From: Nannocystales bacterium
GTDB taxonomy: Bacteria > Myxococcota_A > Polyangia > Nannocystales > Nannocystaceae
Reading direction: 5' to 3'
Length of the DNA stretch: 64,000 nt
Assembly: GCA_050633305.1 (NCBI GenBank)
Contig: JBOEGF010000022.1
Coordinates: 1 to 64,000, forward strand
This document shows positions 40,282-48,058 of the stretch, piece by piece; within the stretch, counting starts at the first letter, position 1, and every line of letters begins with the position of its first letter. Below the pieces are notes generated by a model, which saw only the letters and a program-made list of their open reading frames with translations, ran no database searches and was not told the origin of the DNA. The translations under genes were made by a program, and so were the position numbers.

Positions 40282-41991
40282 GTGTCGCAGATCCTCATCA
40301 TCGACGACGAAGACAAGTACTTCGAGCTGTGCCAACGGTTCATCGAAGGGCACGACTTCCTGCCGCCCGCTCGCAACTTCCGCGAGGCCGAAGCGACCCT
40401 CGAGGCGCATCGCGGCAAGGTCGACTTGGTGCTGCTCGACGTGCACTTCGACATCCCGGACGAGGACCTGCTCCCGTACGACAAGACGGAGCTGCTCGCT
40501 GGCAAGGACCGCAAGCGAGCGATCGAGCGGCTGCGCCGAGGGCAGGGGCTACACATTCTCGACCAGCTGCGGCGCGTGGTCCCGGACCTGCCGGTCATCG
40601 TGATGACCGCGCGGGACGACCTCCCGATCGAGGCGGACTCGGAGCGCCTCCAAGCCGAGGATTACACGTACCTTCTCGATGACGAGTATCTCGACGCTCG
40701 CTCGCTGCGGCTGCAGATCGAGAACATCCTCGCCCAGCGATCCGGTCCCTCAGGGGACGAGGAGGATGAGCCCTTCTACTGGGGCGAGACTTCCCGGATG
40801 CAGGGGCTGCGTCGGCGATTGTCGATTCTCGCCCGCGGTCAGTTGCCGATCATCCTGCTGGGGTCCACCGGGACAGGCAAGAGCCTCGTCGCGCGGGAGT
40901 TCATTCATGCCCGCTCGCATCGAGAGGGACCGTTCGTCGCGGTCGACCTCTCGACCGTGCCGCACGACCTGATGGGCGCGCATCTGTTTGGCGTGGTCAA
41001 GGGCGCGTACACGGGGGCGACAGCGTCTCGTGAAGGCGTGCTCCAACACGCGCACGGCGGGACCCTGTTTCTCGACGAGATCGGCAACCTGAGCTTGGAG
41101 CTGCAGAAGGCGCTGCTCCAGGTCCTGCAAGAGGGCCGCTATCGCCCGGTCGGCTCGGTGGACGAGCGGGTCGCGGACGTGAAGTTGGTGGTGGCGACCA
41201 ACGAAAACCTGGTCGAAATGGTTCGCCAGGGGAAGTTTCGCGAGGACCTCTACATGCGGCTCAACCCGGCGACCGCGATGCGCCTGCCGAGCCTGACCGA
41301 GCGCAAGGATGACTTCTCGGTCCTGCTGGAGGTGTTCGTCGCTCGAGTTGCGCAGGAGGCTTACAACGCGGACTTGTTGCGGCAGTACGCCGCTCAGCGG
41401 GGGATGGCTGTGCCCGAGACCGAAGCCGTGCCCGTGTCGGTGAGCCGGAAGGTCCCGTCCAAAGCGGACAGTCGTCGGATTCATTTCGTGTTCCACCCCA
41501 GCAGCTACAAGCAGCTGCGGGACTTCGCGTGGCCGGGGAACTTCCGGCAGTTTGAGATGTTCCTCTCCAACCTCATCACGCTGTCGTTGGTCGAGCTTGT
41601 CGACCAAGTGGATGTGGTCGAGCCCAGCAACCCGGCCGAGGCAAGCCGGCCCGACGTCATCCCGATTCTGCCTCGCATCGTGCGTGAGCTGATGCGGCCG
41701 ATGGACATCTCTCGGGTCGAGCCCGAGAACGATGCCGCACCGGTGCGCGTCCTGGACGATGGAGGACATCGGCTGGGCGTGACGCTGCAGGCGGGGGACT
41801 CGCTCAACGCCGTCTCGTGCGCCGTGGAGCGGCAGTATCTGGAGCTGTTGTTCGAGAAATACGAGGGGGACCTCGCGCGTATGGCAGGGGTGCTGCTCTC
41901 GGACCCCACGTCCGGACGCAAGGTCCAACTGCGTATGAACCAACTCGGCATCAAGCTTCGGTCGCTCAAACAGCGGCGGCGCAGCCGATGA
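40282..41991 (+). CDS. Sigma54-dependent enhancer-binding response regulator (NtrC-like) with an atypical receiver
   Basis: ILIIDDE..DLVLLD; Walker A GSTGTGKS; GAYTGA; Walker B LFLDEIG; FREDLYMRLN; WPGNFRQ; C-terminal helical DNA-binding region. Confidence 0.92.
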   Translation: MSQILIIDDEDKYFELCQRFIEGHDFLPPARNFREAEATLEAHRGKVDLVLLDVHFDIPDEDLLPYDKTELLAGKDRKRAIERLRRGQGLHILDQLRRVVPDLPVIVMTARDDLPIEADSERLQAEDYTYLLDDEYLDARSLRLQIENILAQRSGPSGDEEDEPFYWGETSRMQGLRRRLSILARGQLPIILLGSTGTGKSLVAREFIHARSHREGPFVAVDLSTVPHDLMGAHLFGVVKGAYTGATASREGVLQHAHGGTLFLDEIGNLSLELQKALLQVLQEGRYRPVGSVDERVADVKLVVATNENLVEMVRQGKFREDLYMRLNPATAMRLPSLTERKDDFSVLLEVFVARVAQEAYNADLLRQYAAQRGMAVPETEAVPVSVSRKVPSKADSRRIHFVFHPSSYKQLRDFAWPGNFRQFEMFLSNLITLSLVELVDQVDVVEPSNPAEASRPDVIPILPRIVRELMRPMDISRVEPENDAAPVRVLDDGGHRLGVTLQAGDSLNAVSCAVERQYLELLFEKYEGDLARMAGVLLSDPTSGRKVQLRMNQLGIKLRSLKQRRRSR

Positions 41992-44960
41992 AACGCCGGT
42001 GGCTGCTGGCGCTGGGCCTTGGATGGTTCGTGTGGGCGCCCCGAGCGGATGCGGCTCCGCCCCCGGGCCCGGATTCGGCCGTGCTTCCGTCGCTCGACGG
42101 CGATCTTCCGCCGCCTCCAACCGACGAGCCTGGGGCGGAGACGGGCCTCGACGAACCCCCCGAACCCACGGAGGAAGAAAAACTCGCCGCCCGCATGAAG
42201 GAGTTTGACGACCATGTCGGCCGAGGGCAGAGCGCCGTGGCCAAGGAGCGATACGACGAGGCGATCCGGGAGTACAGCGCGGCACTTCGGATCCTCCCGG
42301 GCGACGCGTCCGCGCTGCTGGGCAAGGCGAAAGCGCATCGTGGTCGAACGGCTGAGGGCCGATGTCCCAGGCTCGCGATCCGCAACATCCTCGATATCGA
42401 ACGCAACGACCCCAAGGGCATCTGGCTCGAACAGCGCTCGGTGTTGATCGACTGGATGAGCGATTGCGGGGCCCGATACGCAACGCGGCAGCTTCGGCTC
42501 GCGCGCCAACTCGCAGGAGAGGAACCCGGTGCGAGTGGGCGTGATGACGACATCCGGCTCACGTTGGCCAAGCTCGAGTTCGCGTACGGCTCCGATCGAG
42601 GGACGCCAGAGGAACTCTCCGAGCGACGCAAAGCTGGGTTGGCAGTTCTGAGTCTGTACGTGACGGAGTGCGAAGAACAGGAGCGCAAGCCGACGGCCGA
42701 GGCGGTGTGCTTGATGGCGCAGTGGTACCGCGAAGAGGATGACCTGACGCGCTCCGCGGAGCTGTATGCGGAGCTCGATCGCCGCTACTCGGGGGCCGAA
42801 TGTGCGAAGGACGCCGGGAAAATCCTGGAAGAGATCGAATTTGAGTCCGAGCTCCGCAAGCTCGACGAGACGCAAGGATTCAGGCCATCGGCGGCCGCGG
42901 AAGCCTCCTACAACGCCGGCGTGCTCGCCTTGCGAAAGGGCAACTACGAGACCGCAGAGCACCGGCTTAGTGAGGCCATCGAGGAGAGCCCGTGGTTCCC
43001 CAGTGCCTACTACTCCCGCGGGGTGGCGCGGGCCCGGTTGGACAAGCTCATGCCGGCGGTCGATGACATCAACCGCTCGATCCGGATGGACCGGTCCGAC
43101 TACCACGCCCACATGACGTTGGGGCTGATCTACAAGAAGGAGTTCGCGGGTGCCGAGGACGACGAGGCGATCAAGCACCTCTCTTCTGCGTTGCGCTTGC
43201 GGCCCGACCTCACCCGTCTGCATCTGTTGCTGGGCGAACTCTACGCTCGCACCGACCGCGAGAAGGCGCGGGAGCACTACCAGCGCTTCATTCAGCTGAC
43301 CGAACTCGAGGATCCGGAGGCTCGCAAGGCTCGCAAGGCTCTGGAGGACCTCGAGCGGGAGATTCGCAAAGAAGACCCGCTTCCTATGCCACCCCCGGCC
43401 GAGGAGAGTCTTCGCTTTCTCGATCCTGGTGTGCAGCGGGTCATCAACGAAGCGTATCTGCGCGGCACCGAGCATCAAGACTGGCAGATGGCGGAGAAGA
43501 TCCTCGCGCAGGCGCGCGAGAGCTTTCCAAATCAGCCGGTCATCCTCAACGAGTTGGCGCGGGTGGTCTATCACCAGGAACGCTATGGGGACGCGCGTGC
43601 CTACTGGGAGCAGAGCCTGCAGGAACTCGAGAACCAGGTCGAGGTTCACGAGCGCCTCGGTCTGCTGCTGCGCGAGGACTTGGCCGACGAGGCCATCCCG
43701 CATCTTCGGCGGGCTGCCGACCTCGGCTCCCTGACGGCTCGCTTCGCACTGGCGGAGCTGCTCTGGGAGCAGACCAAGCCCCTCGAGGCGCGCGAGCAGA
43801 TCGAGCGCTACCTGGCGGAAGGGAGCGACTACGACCTCTACTGGGATCGAGCCCAGGACCTCCACAACGAAATCGAGAGCCGGTTCTTCCAGGCCTACCT
43901 GGGGTTGGCCTTGTTGCTGACGCTGATGATCGCCTTCCCGGCCTGGCGGGTGTATCGGCACTACCGCGGGGCGTCCTTGGAGCAGCTTCTCGACCGGGCG
44001 CCGAAGAGCTATCCCGAGGTCGCGCGGGTGCTGTCGTTGATCCGGCACGAGATTCTCAAGCACAACACCGCGTTCCTCGCGGATGTCGCGAGGGCGCTGG
44101 AGTACTCGTCTCCCGATGCCGATGTGCGGGCCGAAGTCCTGGGCCGTCGTCTGTTTGGTGAGGCGCTGGCGCGACGGGGTCGCTCCAAGCGCGGACGCCC
44201 CCTCGAGGGCATCTACGGTCGGTTTCACGGGTACCTGGATGAGTTGGACCAGGTGGGCCGCGCTCACCAGGTCACGCTCAACCTCCATCGCAAGGACCCA
44301 ACGTTTCGCCCGATGATCGCCGCGTTTGACGACCTGGCACATTGGGGGACCGCGCTGAGCCGCACGCCGATGCTCTCCGCGGCGAAGCGGGCCGAGCTCG
44401 CCAAGACGCTCGGCCGCTGCGGACATGTCCTGGGCCGCAAGGCGTTCGAACGCCTCAGTGGGCTCATCCAGCAGCTGTGTGTCACCACCGTCGACCCTTC
44501 GTTGGTCGAGACCTGCTACGCGCAGGTCAAGGGCGAGAAGCAGTTCGCCGGGCTCGAGTTGGGACCGGTCCTCGTGGAGGGCGAGGCAGCACCGGTTCGC
44601 ATCTTCCGGACCGACCTCGACGATATCCTCGCCAACGTGATGCGCAACTCGTTGCGCTCGAGCGTGCAGTACGCCGAGCCCCCCGTCGGCCTCGGTGTGA
44701 CGCTGCAGATCGAGATCGATGAGATCACCGGGTTGGGGTCGCTGGCGATCCGCATCAAGGACCGCAGTCCCGAGCCGCTCACCAATGAGATGCTTCGGGG
44801 GAGGTACGTGGAGCGCGGAATGGGGATCACGGTCGACCTGCTCTCGCGTTATGATGGCGCCATCGGAGTCGAGACCGAACCGGGGTGGAGCAAGGCCGTC
44901 GTGCTGCGGTTCTTCACCGTCGAGCAGGATGCGATTCCGTTGCCTGAGGCCGCTCAATGA
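41988..44960 (+). CDS. Periplasmic-TPR membrane sensor with a divergent histidine kinase domain
   Basis: Signal peptide MKRRWLLALG; many TPRs; one TM; IRHEILKH H-box; ILANVMRNS N-box; IKDRS in place of G1; RGMGI G2. ATGA overlap. Confidence 0.8.
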   Translation: MKRRWLLALGLGWFVWAPRADAAPPPGPDSAVLPSLDGDLPPPPTDEPGAETGLDEPPEPTEEEKLAARMKEFDDHVGRGQSAVAKERYDEAIREYSAALRILPGDASALLGKAKAHRGRTAEGRCPRLAIRNILDIERNDPKGIWLEQRSVLIDWMSDCGARYATRQLRLARQLAGEEPGASGRDDDIRLTLAKLEFAYGSDRGTPEELSERRKAGLAVLSLYVTECEEQERKPTAEAVCLMAQWYREEDDLTRSAELYAELDRRYSGAECAKDAGKILEEIEFESELRKLDETQGFRPSAAAEASYNAGVLALRKGNYETAEHRLSEAIEESPWFPSAYYSRGVARARLDKLMPAVDDINRSIRMDRSDYHAHMTLGLIYKKEFAGAEDDEAIKHLSSALRLRPDLTRLHLLLGELYARTDREKAREHYQRFIQLTELEDPEARKARKALEDLEREIRKEDPLPMPPPAEESLRFLDPGVQRVINEAYLRGTEHQDWQMAEKILAQARESFPNQPVILNELARVVYHQERYGDARAYWEQSLQELENQVEVHERLGLLLREDLADEAIPHLRRAADLGSLTARFALAELLWEQTKPLEAREQIERYLAEGSDYDLYWDRAQDLHNEIESRFFQAYLGLALLLTLMIAFPAWRVYRHYRGASLEQLLDRAPKSYPEVARVLSLIRHEILKHNTAFLADVARALEYSSPDADVRAEVLGRRLFGEALARRGRSKRGRPLEGIYGRFHGYLDELDQVGRAHQVTLNLHRKDPTFRPMIAAFDDLAHWGTALSRTPMLSAAKRAELAKTLGRCGHVLGRKAFERLSGLIQQLCVTTVDPSLVETCYAQVKGEKQFAGLELGPVLVEGEAAPVRIFRTDLDDILANVMRNSLRSSVQYAEPPVGLGVTLQIEIDEITGLGSLAIRIKDRSPEPLTNEMLRGRYVERGMGITVDLLSRYDGAIGVETEPGWSKAVVLRFFTVEQDAIPLPEAAQ

Positions 44961-45424
44961 ACGCTCCGCCTGTGGACATCGTCGTCGTGGAGGACGGCGA
45001 CGAGTACATCACCAACCTCACCACGTTCGTGGCGCAGGGCATGCAGTACCGCCAGGCGAAGAGCGGTATGCAGGCATGCCACCTGATCGCGCAGCGTGCT
45101 CCGGCCCTCGTCTATCTCGACATGCGATTCGACCGCATTCCCGAGGAGGAACTGCTTGGCGACATCGCGCAGTTGACCGCTCGTTTCAACGGGGACGTTT
45201 CACGGGCACGCCGGTTCCAACAGGACAACCAGGGGTTGTTCGTGCTGCGCGCGATTCGTGACGCTGGCTTCGTCGGTGCAGTCATTCTCAGCTACGACTT
45301 CTCGGCCGAAGAGCGTCGATTCGCCGCGCTCAAGGCCCGCGATCCGGGGCTTCACTACTGTCCCGACTACGCCGATGCCAACACCATCCGCGCCACCATC
45401 CTCGAAGCCGTGGGCCGGGCCTGA
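44957..45424 (+). CDS. Stand-alone atypical receiver domain protein
   Basis: IVVVEDG; LVYLDMRFD; QGLFVLRAIR. ATGA overlap with the sensor. Confidence 0.8.
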   Translation: MNAPPVDIVVVEDGDEYITNLTTFVAQGMQYRQAKSGMQACHLIAQRAPALVYLDMRFDRIPEEELLGDIAQLTARFNGDVSRARRFQQDNQGLFVLRAIRDAGFVGAVILSYDFSAEERRFAALKARDPGLHYCPDYADANTIRATILEAVGRA

Positions 45425-45436
45425 TACGGTTCGCCC

Positions 45437-45832
45437 GTGTCCGAAGTCTCCGAAGCGCCCTCCGCGTGGCTCGTGGCGATTCGCCAGATGGCGATGCCTG
45501 CGGACACCAACGCCCATGGCACGATCTTTGGGGGCTTGATCCTCAGCCTCATCGACCAGGCGGGGGCGATCGCCGCGCAGAGCTCGGGTGCGAGCAAGGT
45601 CGTCACCGTGGCGATGGACAAGATCGTGTTCCACGAGCCTGTGCACGTCGGCGACCTCATCACGTGTCATGCTCGGGTCATCAAGCGCGGGCGGACCTCC
45701 ATGACGGTATGCGTGAAGGTCGAGTCGGAAGCACCGAGCGCCCTCGCGAAGCAGATCGAGCCTCGTCAGGTGACGCAGGCGGAGGTCGTCTACGTGCAGG
45801 TCGACGATCACGGTCGGCCCTTGCCGATCTAG
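45437..45832 (+). CDS. Acyl-CoA thioesterase (YciA/hotdog fold)
   Basis: AMPADTNAHGTIFGG; VVTVAMD..FHEPVHVGD; GRTSM; VYVQVDDHGRP. Confidence 0.93.
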   Translation: MSEVSEAPSAWLVAIRQMAMPADTNAHGTIFGGLILSLIDQAGAIAAQSSGASKVVTVAMDKIVFHEPVHVGDLITCHARVIKRGRTSMTVCVKVESEAPSALAKQIEPRQVTQAEVVYVQVDDHGRPLPI

Positions 45833-46019
45833 TGTGTCTCCGTAGAGGGGACTTCGCAGTCCCAAAACTTCGGGCGCGGAGCCCCCGAAGCTTTGCCGCC
45901 CAGGCGGTCGCCCTGTCGGGCTTGCTGGGTCTGGCATGGAGGGGAACTCGGGGGGTCCGCGGGGCTTTCGCGCAAGATCGGCGGGCGGAGGGGTGGGGGA
46001 GGCTGCTAGCCTTCCGCGC

Positions 46020-46220
46020 ATGACGATGCTTCGTTCGACTCTGCTTGCGACGCTTGCGTTTGCTGTCGCGTCCCCGACCCTCGTTGCTTGCGCTGAGAAG
46101 CCCGGCGCGAAGAAGAAGGAAGACGACAAGGACAAGAAGGACGACAAGAAGAAGGAAGGCGATAAGAAAGACGACAAGAAGAAAGACGACAAGAAGAAAG
46201 ACGACAAGAAGCCGTCCTAA
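46020..46220 (+). CDS. Tiny lipoprotein (66 aa) with a Lys/Asp repeat tail
   Basis: MTMLRSTLLATLAFAVASPTLVAC lipobox then KKKEDDKDKKDDKKKEGDKKDDKKKDDKKKDDKKPS. TAGCCT box 7 nt upstream. Confidence 0.7.
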   Translation: MTMLRSTLLATLAFAVASPTLVACAEKPGAKKKEDDKDKKDDKKKEGDKKDDKKKDDKKKDDKKPS

Positions 46221-46238
46221 GGTCGGGGGGTCGAGCAG

Positions 46239-47174
46239 ATGCGGCTTCCCCTTCGGCACGCGCCTCCTGGCGTCGACACTCCGCTGCGACGCTGCGCGCA
46301 CCTTGAAGCGCTCGTCGAGGGTGCGATGGGGCTTCCGCTGGGCCCGGCGGCCCGAGCGTTGTCATCGAGGCGCTCTCGCGGTCGCCACGGGAACGCCCTC
46401 CAGTGGCACCTCGGGCTCGATGCTCACGACGGGGACGCCCAGCTCGACTGGGAAGATCGTATCGAGATCAAGCTGGTGTCGGTTTGGCGCCGGGGCCGGG
46501 GTGCGGACGCTCGGGTCGGCTGTGACAAGCTCAAGGTGTGCGACGTTGGCGTGGACCCGTGGCACAAGCTCGGCAACGTCATGTGGGTGTTCGCGGACCG
46601 TGTGACCCGAACTGTTGTGGGCGCTCTGCAGACCACGCTCAGTGGGGAGCTGAGAACGCGGCTTTCGACCGCCTGGGAGCAGGACCCGCACTTCGAGCAC
46701 CCGATGCTGTTCGTCGAAGCCCGCGAACACGCCGGCAAATCGGCGCCGGCCTACTACCTTGCGGCCCGATGGTTTGAGACGGAGCGGCTGCTTCCCGATC
46801 CGATCCCGGCGATCCAACCGTTCGACTCCACCTGGTGGAGTGCCGCCCGCAACCGTCATGGCCGCGATCCCTGGCTCACTGTGGTCGATGGGTCGTGCGA
46901 CACCGTGCAGTGCCCGCGCTGTGGAGGTCCGATCTCGTTCGACTCCGAGACCCTGCGCAGAGATGGATTCGCCCCGGCCCGCCACGGAATGCCGGCGGAC
47001 GGCCCCTGTTTGGCACGGGCACACGCGGTCGTGGACGTTCACACTGTGGCCCCCTCGGAGACGTTCGATGCCCAGACGGTCTGCGCGGGCATCGAGTCCC
47101 GGCTCCCGGAGGAACAGTTGGACCGGCTCACAAACAGGGTCGCCGAACCGGCCGACCATCTCCACGGCGCGTGA
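46239..47174 (+). CDS. MutH/Sau3AI-like PD-(D/E)xK endonuclease with a C-terminal Zn-binding module
   Basis: RGRHGNALQWHLGL...QLDWEDRIEIKLVSV parallels MutH KGWIG.LLE.WLGA...QDF...VELKTIPV. WHKLGNVMWV; C-terminal CPRC...H...C...H. Confidence 0.75.
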   Translation: MRLPLRHAPPGVDTPLRRCAHLEALVEGAMGLPLGPAARALSSRRSRGRHGNALQWHLGLDAHDGDAQLDWEDRIEIKLVSVWRRGRGADARVGCDKLKVCDVGVDPWHKLGNVMWVFADRVTRTVVGALQTTLSGELRTRLSTAWEQDPHFEHPMLFVEAREHAGKSAPAYYLAARWFETERLLPDPIPAIQPFDSTWWSAARNRHGRDPWLTVVDGSCDTVQCPRCGGPISFDSETLRRDGFAPARHGMPADGPCLARAHAVVDVHTVAPSETFDAQTVCAGIESRLPEEQLDRLTNRVAEPADHLHGA

Positions 47175-47234
47175 GCGTCTGAAGTCGCGGGCCGTTCGCA
47201 CTCGCGGGCCGGCGAGGCCTCACGCGGTCAACAC

Positions 47235-47275
47235 GAAAAACCCGAAGTCACGGACCAGGTGACCTCGGGCTTTTC
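47235..47275 (-). terminator. Strong intrinsic terminator, polarised for the minus strand (probably also terminates the nuclease gene)
   Basis: Minus strand AAAAG-CCCGAGGTCAC-CTGGTCC-GTGACTTCGGG-TTTTT gives a fully paired 11-bp stem with one G-U. The plus-strand version has an A-C mismatch. Confidence 0.85.
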
Positions 47276-47755
47276 CTGACGTGGCGCCCCGTCGGAGCAG
47301 GCCACAGCATCCAAAGCTGTATGTTCATCGCGGCAACCGCGCTGGATTGCCCACGCGGTCTGGCCCCCCAGCACCGCGCTCAAGTGCGTCCGATAGAACG
47401 GGACGACCGCTCCAGATCAGACTCAAGCTACGCGAAGAAAGCTAGACACCGTGGAAGGCTCGCGTATCGCCTTCCGTCAAATCAAGGCCCGGACTAAGGG
47501 GAAACTCGGGAAAACCCGGGAAATCTAACGAAAACCCAAACGAAGACAAGGACAAGAGAAGCTAGGGCAAGAACAGGTTCAAGTCAGGAAGAAGGGACCA
47601 AGCTAGAGATCGTTCGCAAAACTCGCAAAAAAAGCCATCGAGCAAATCAAGCGGTCAGTCCAGTCGAAGCCAAGGCTAGAACAAGGAGGAAGCTAAGAAG
47701 AAAGGGCGAAGCCAGAGGTGAAAGCCAAGAAGAGTAAGTCAGGCTCAAGCTTCAC
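47236..47755 (-). ncRNA. Candidate ~520-nt sigma54-dependent U/C-rich non-coding RNA with repeated URRYUU motifs
   Basis: No ORF of 60 aa or more in any frame. Bounded by a -24/-12 promoter and a terminator; 5' hairpin; at least 13 AARYYA (plus strand) motifs; strong purine/pyrimidine strand skew. Confidence 0.6.
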
Positions 47756-47765
47756 CTCCCCCATG

Positions 47766-47782
47766 TGCACGGGCTGGGCCAA
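47766..47782 (-). promoter_or_regulatory. Sigma54 (-24/-12) promoter
   Basis: Minus strand TTGGCCCAGCCCGTGCA: GG at 47780-79 and GC at 47768-67 with exact GG-N10-GC spacing. Predicted +1 near 47755. Confidence 0.65.
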
Positions 47783-47787
47783 AATGG

Positions 47788-47800
47788 CAATGTGTTGAAA
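47788..47800 (-). promoter_or_regulatory. IHF-like binding site upstream of the sigma54 promoter
   Basis: TTTCAACACATTG matches WATCAANNNNTTR with one mismatch, has an A/T-rich 5' flank, and lies at about -33 to -45. Confidence 0.55.
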
Positions 47801-48058
47801 TCACTTGCTTTGCATATTTTTCGTGTAGGGGAATTGCTGAGTTCGGACCCGCAGGTATGACAAAAAAGTCCGGGTCGGGCGGGCAACCGCCGTTGTCGCC
47901 ATGACATCGATGTCGTGCGTGACCCCGGATGACGAATCGGCACGGAGATCAGCCCGAGCCGACAGAGCGTCCTGAACGACTGGTTTCGATGCGCGGCGAT
48001 GGATCGGGCTCCACCGGACGGGCCGGGTTCGTGCTAATCCGTCGGCGCGTTCCGGTCG

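Noticed and set aside
47647..47748. 33-codon hydrophobic ORF on the minus strand (TTG start, MSLTYSSWLSPLASPFLLSFLLVLALASTGLTA) after GGAGG, resembling a type I toxin
   Set aside because: The GGAGG lies at or upstream of the predicted sigma54 +1, and any U/C-rich tract yields Leu/Ser/Phe peptides. It also explains only a fifth of the motif-bearing region. Not fully excluded; Ribo-seq would decide.
47420..47750. Plus-strand Lys/Arg-rich protein with stop-codon readthrough, or an A-rich CrcZ-like plus-strand RNA
   Set aside because: Stops occur in different frames with no consistent register. No plus-strand promoter or terminator brackets the tract, whereas both point to the minus strand.
47860..47890. 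AAAGTCCGGG resembling the RNase P RNA conserved GAGGAAAGUCCGGG
   Set aside because: GAGG and the other RNase P conserved regions are missing. No tmRNA, 6S, SRP or tRNA hallmarks were seen either.
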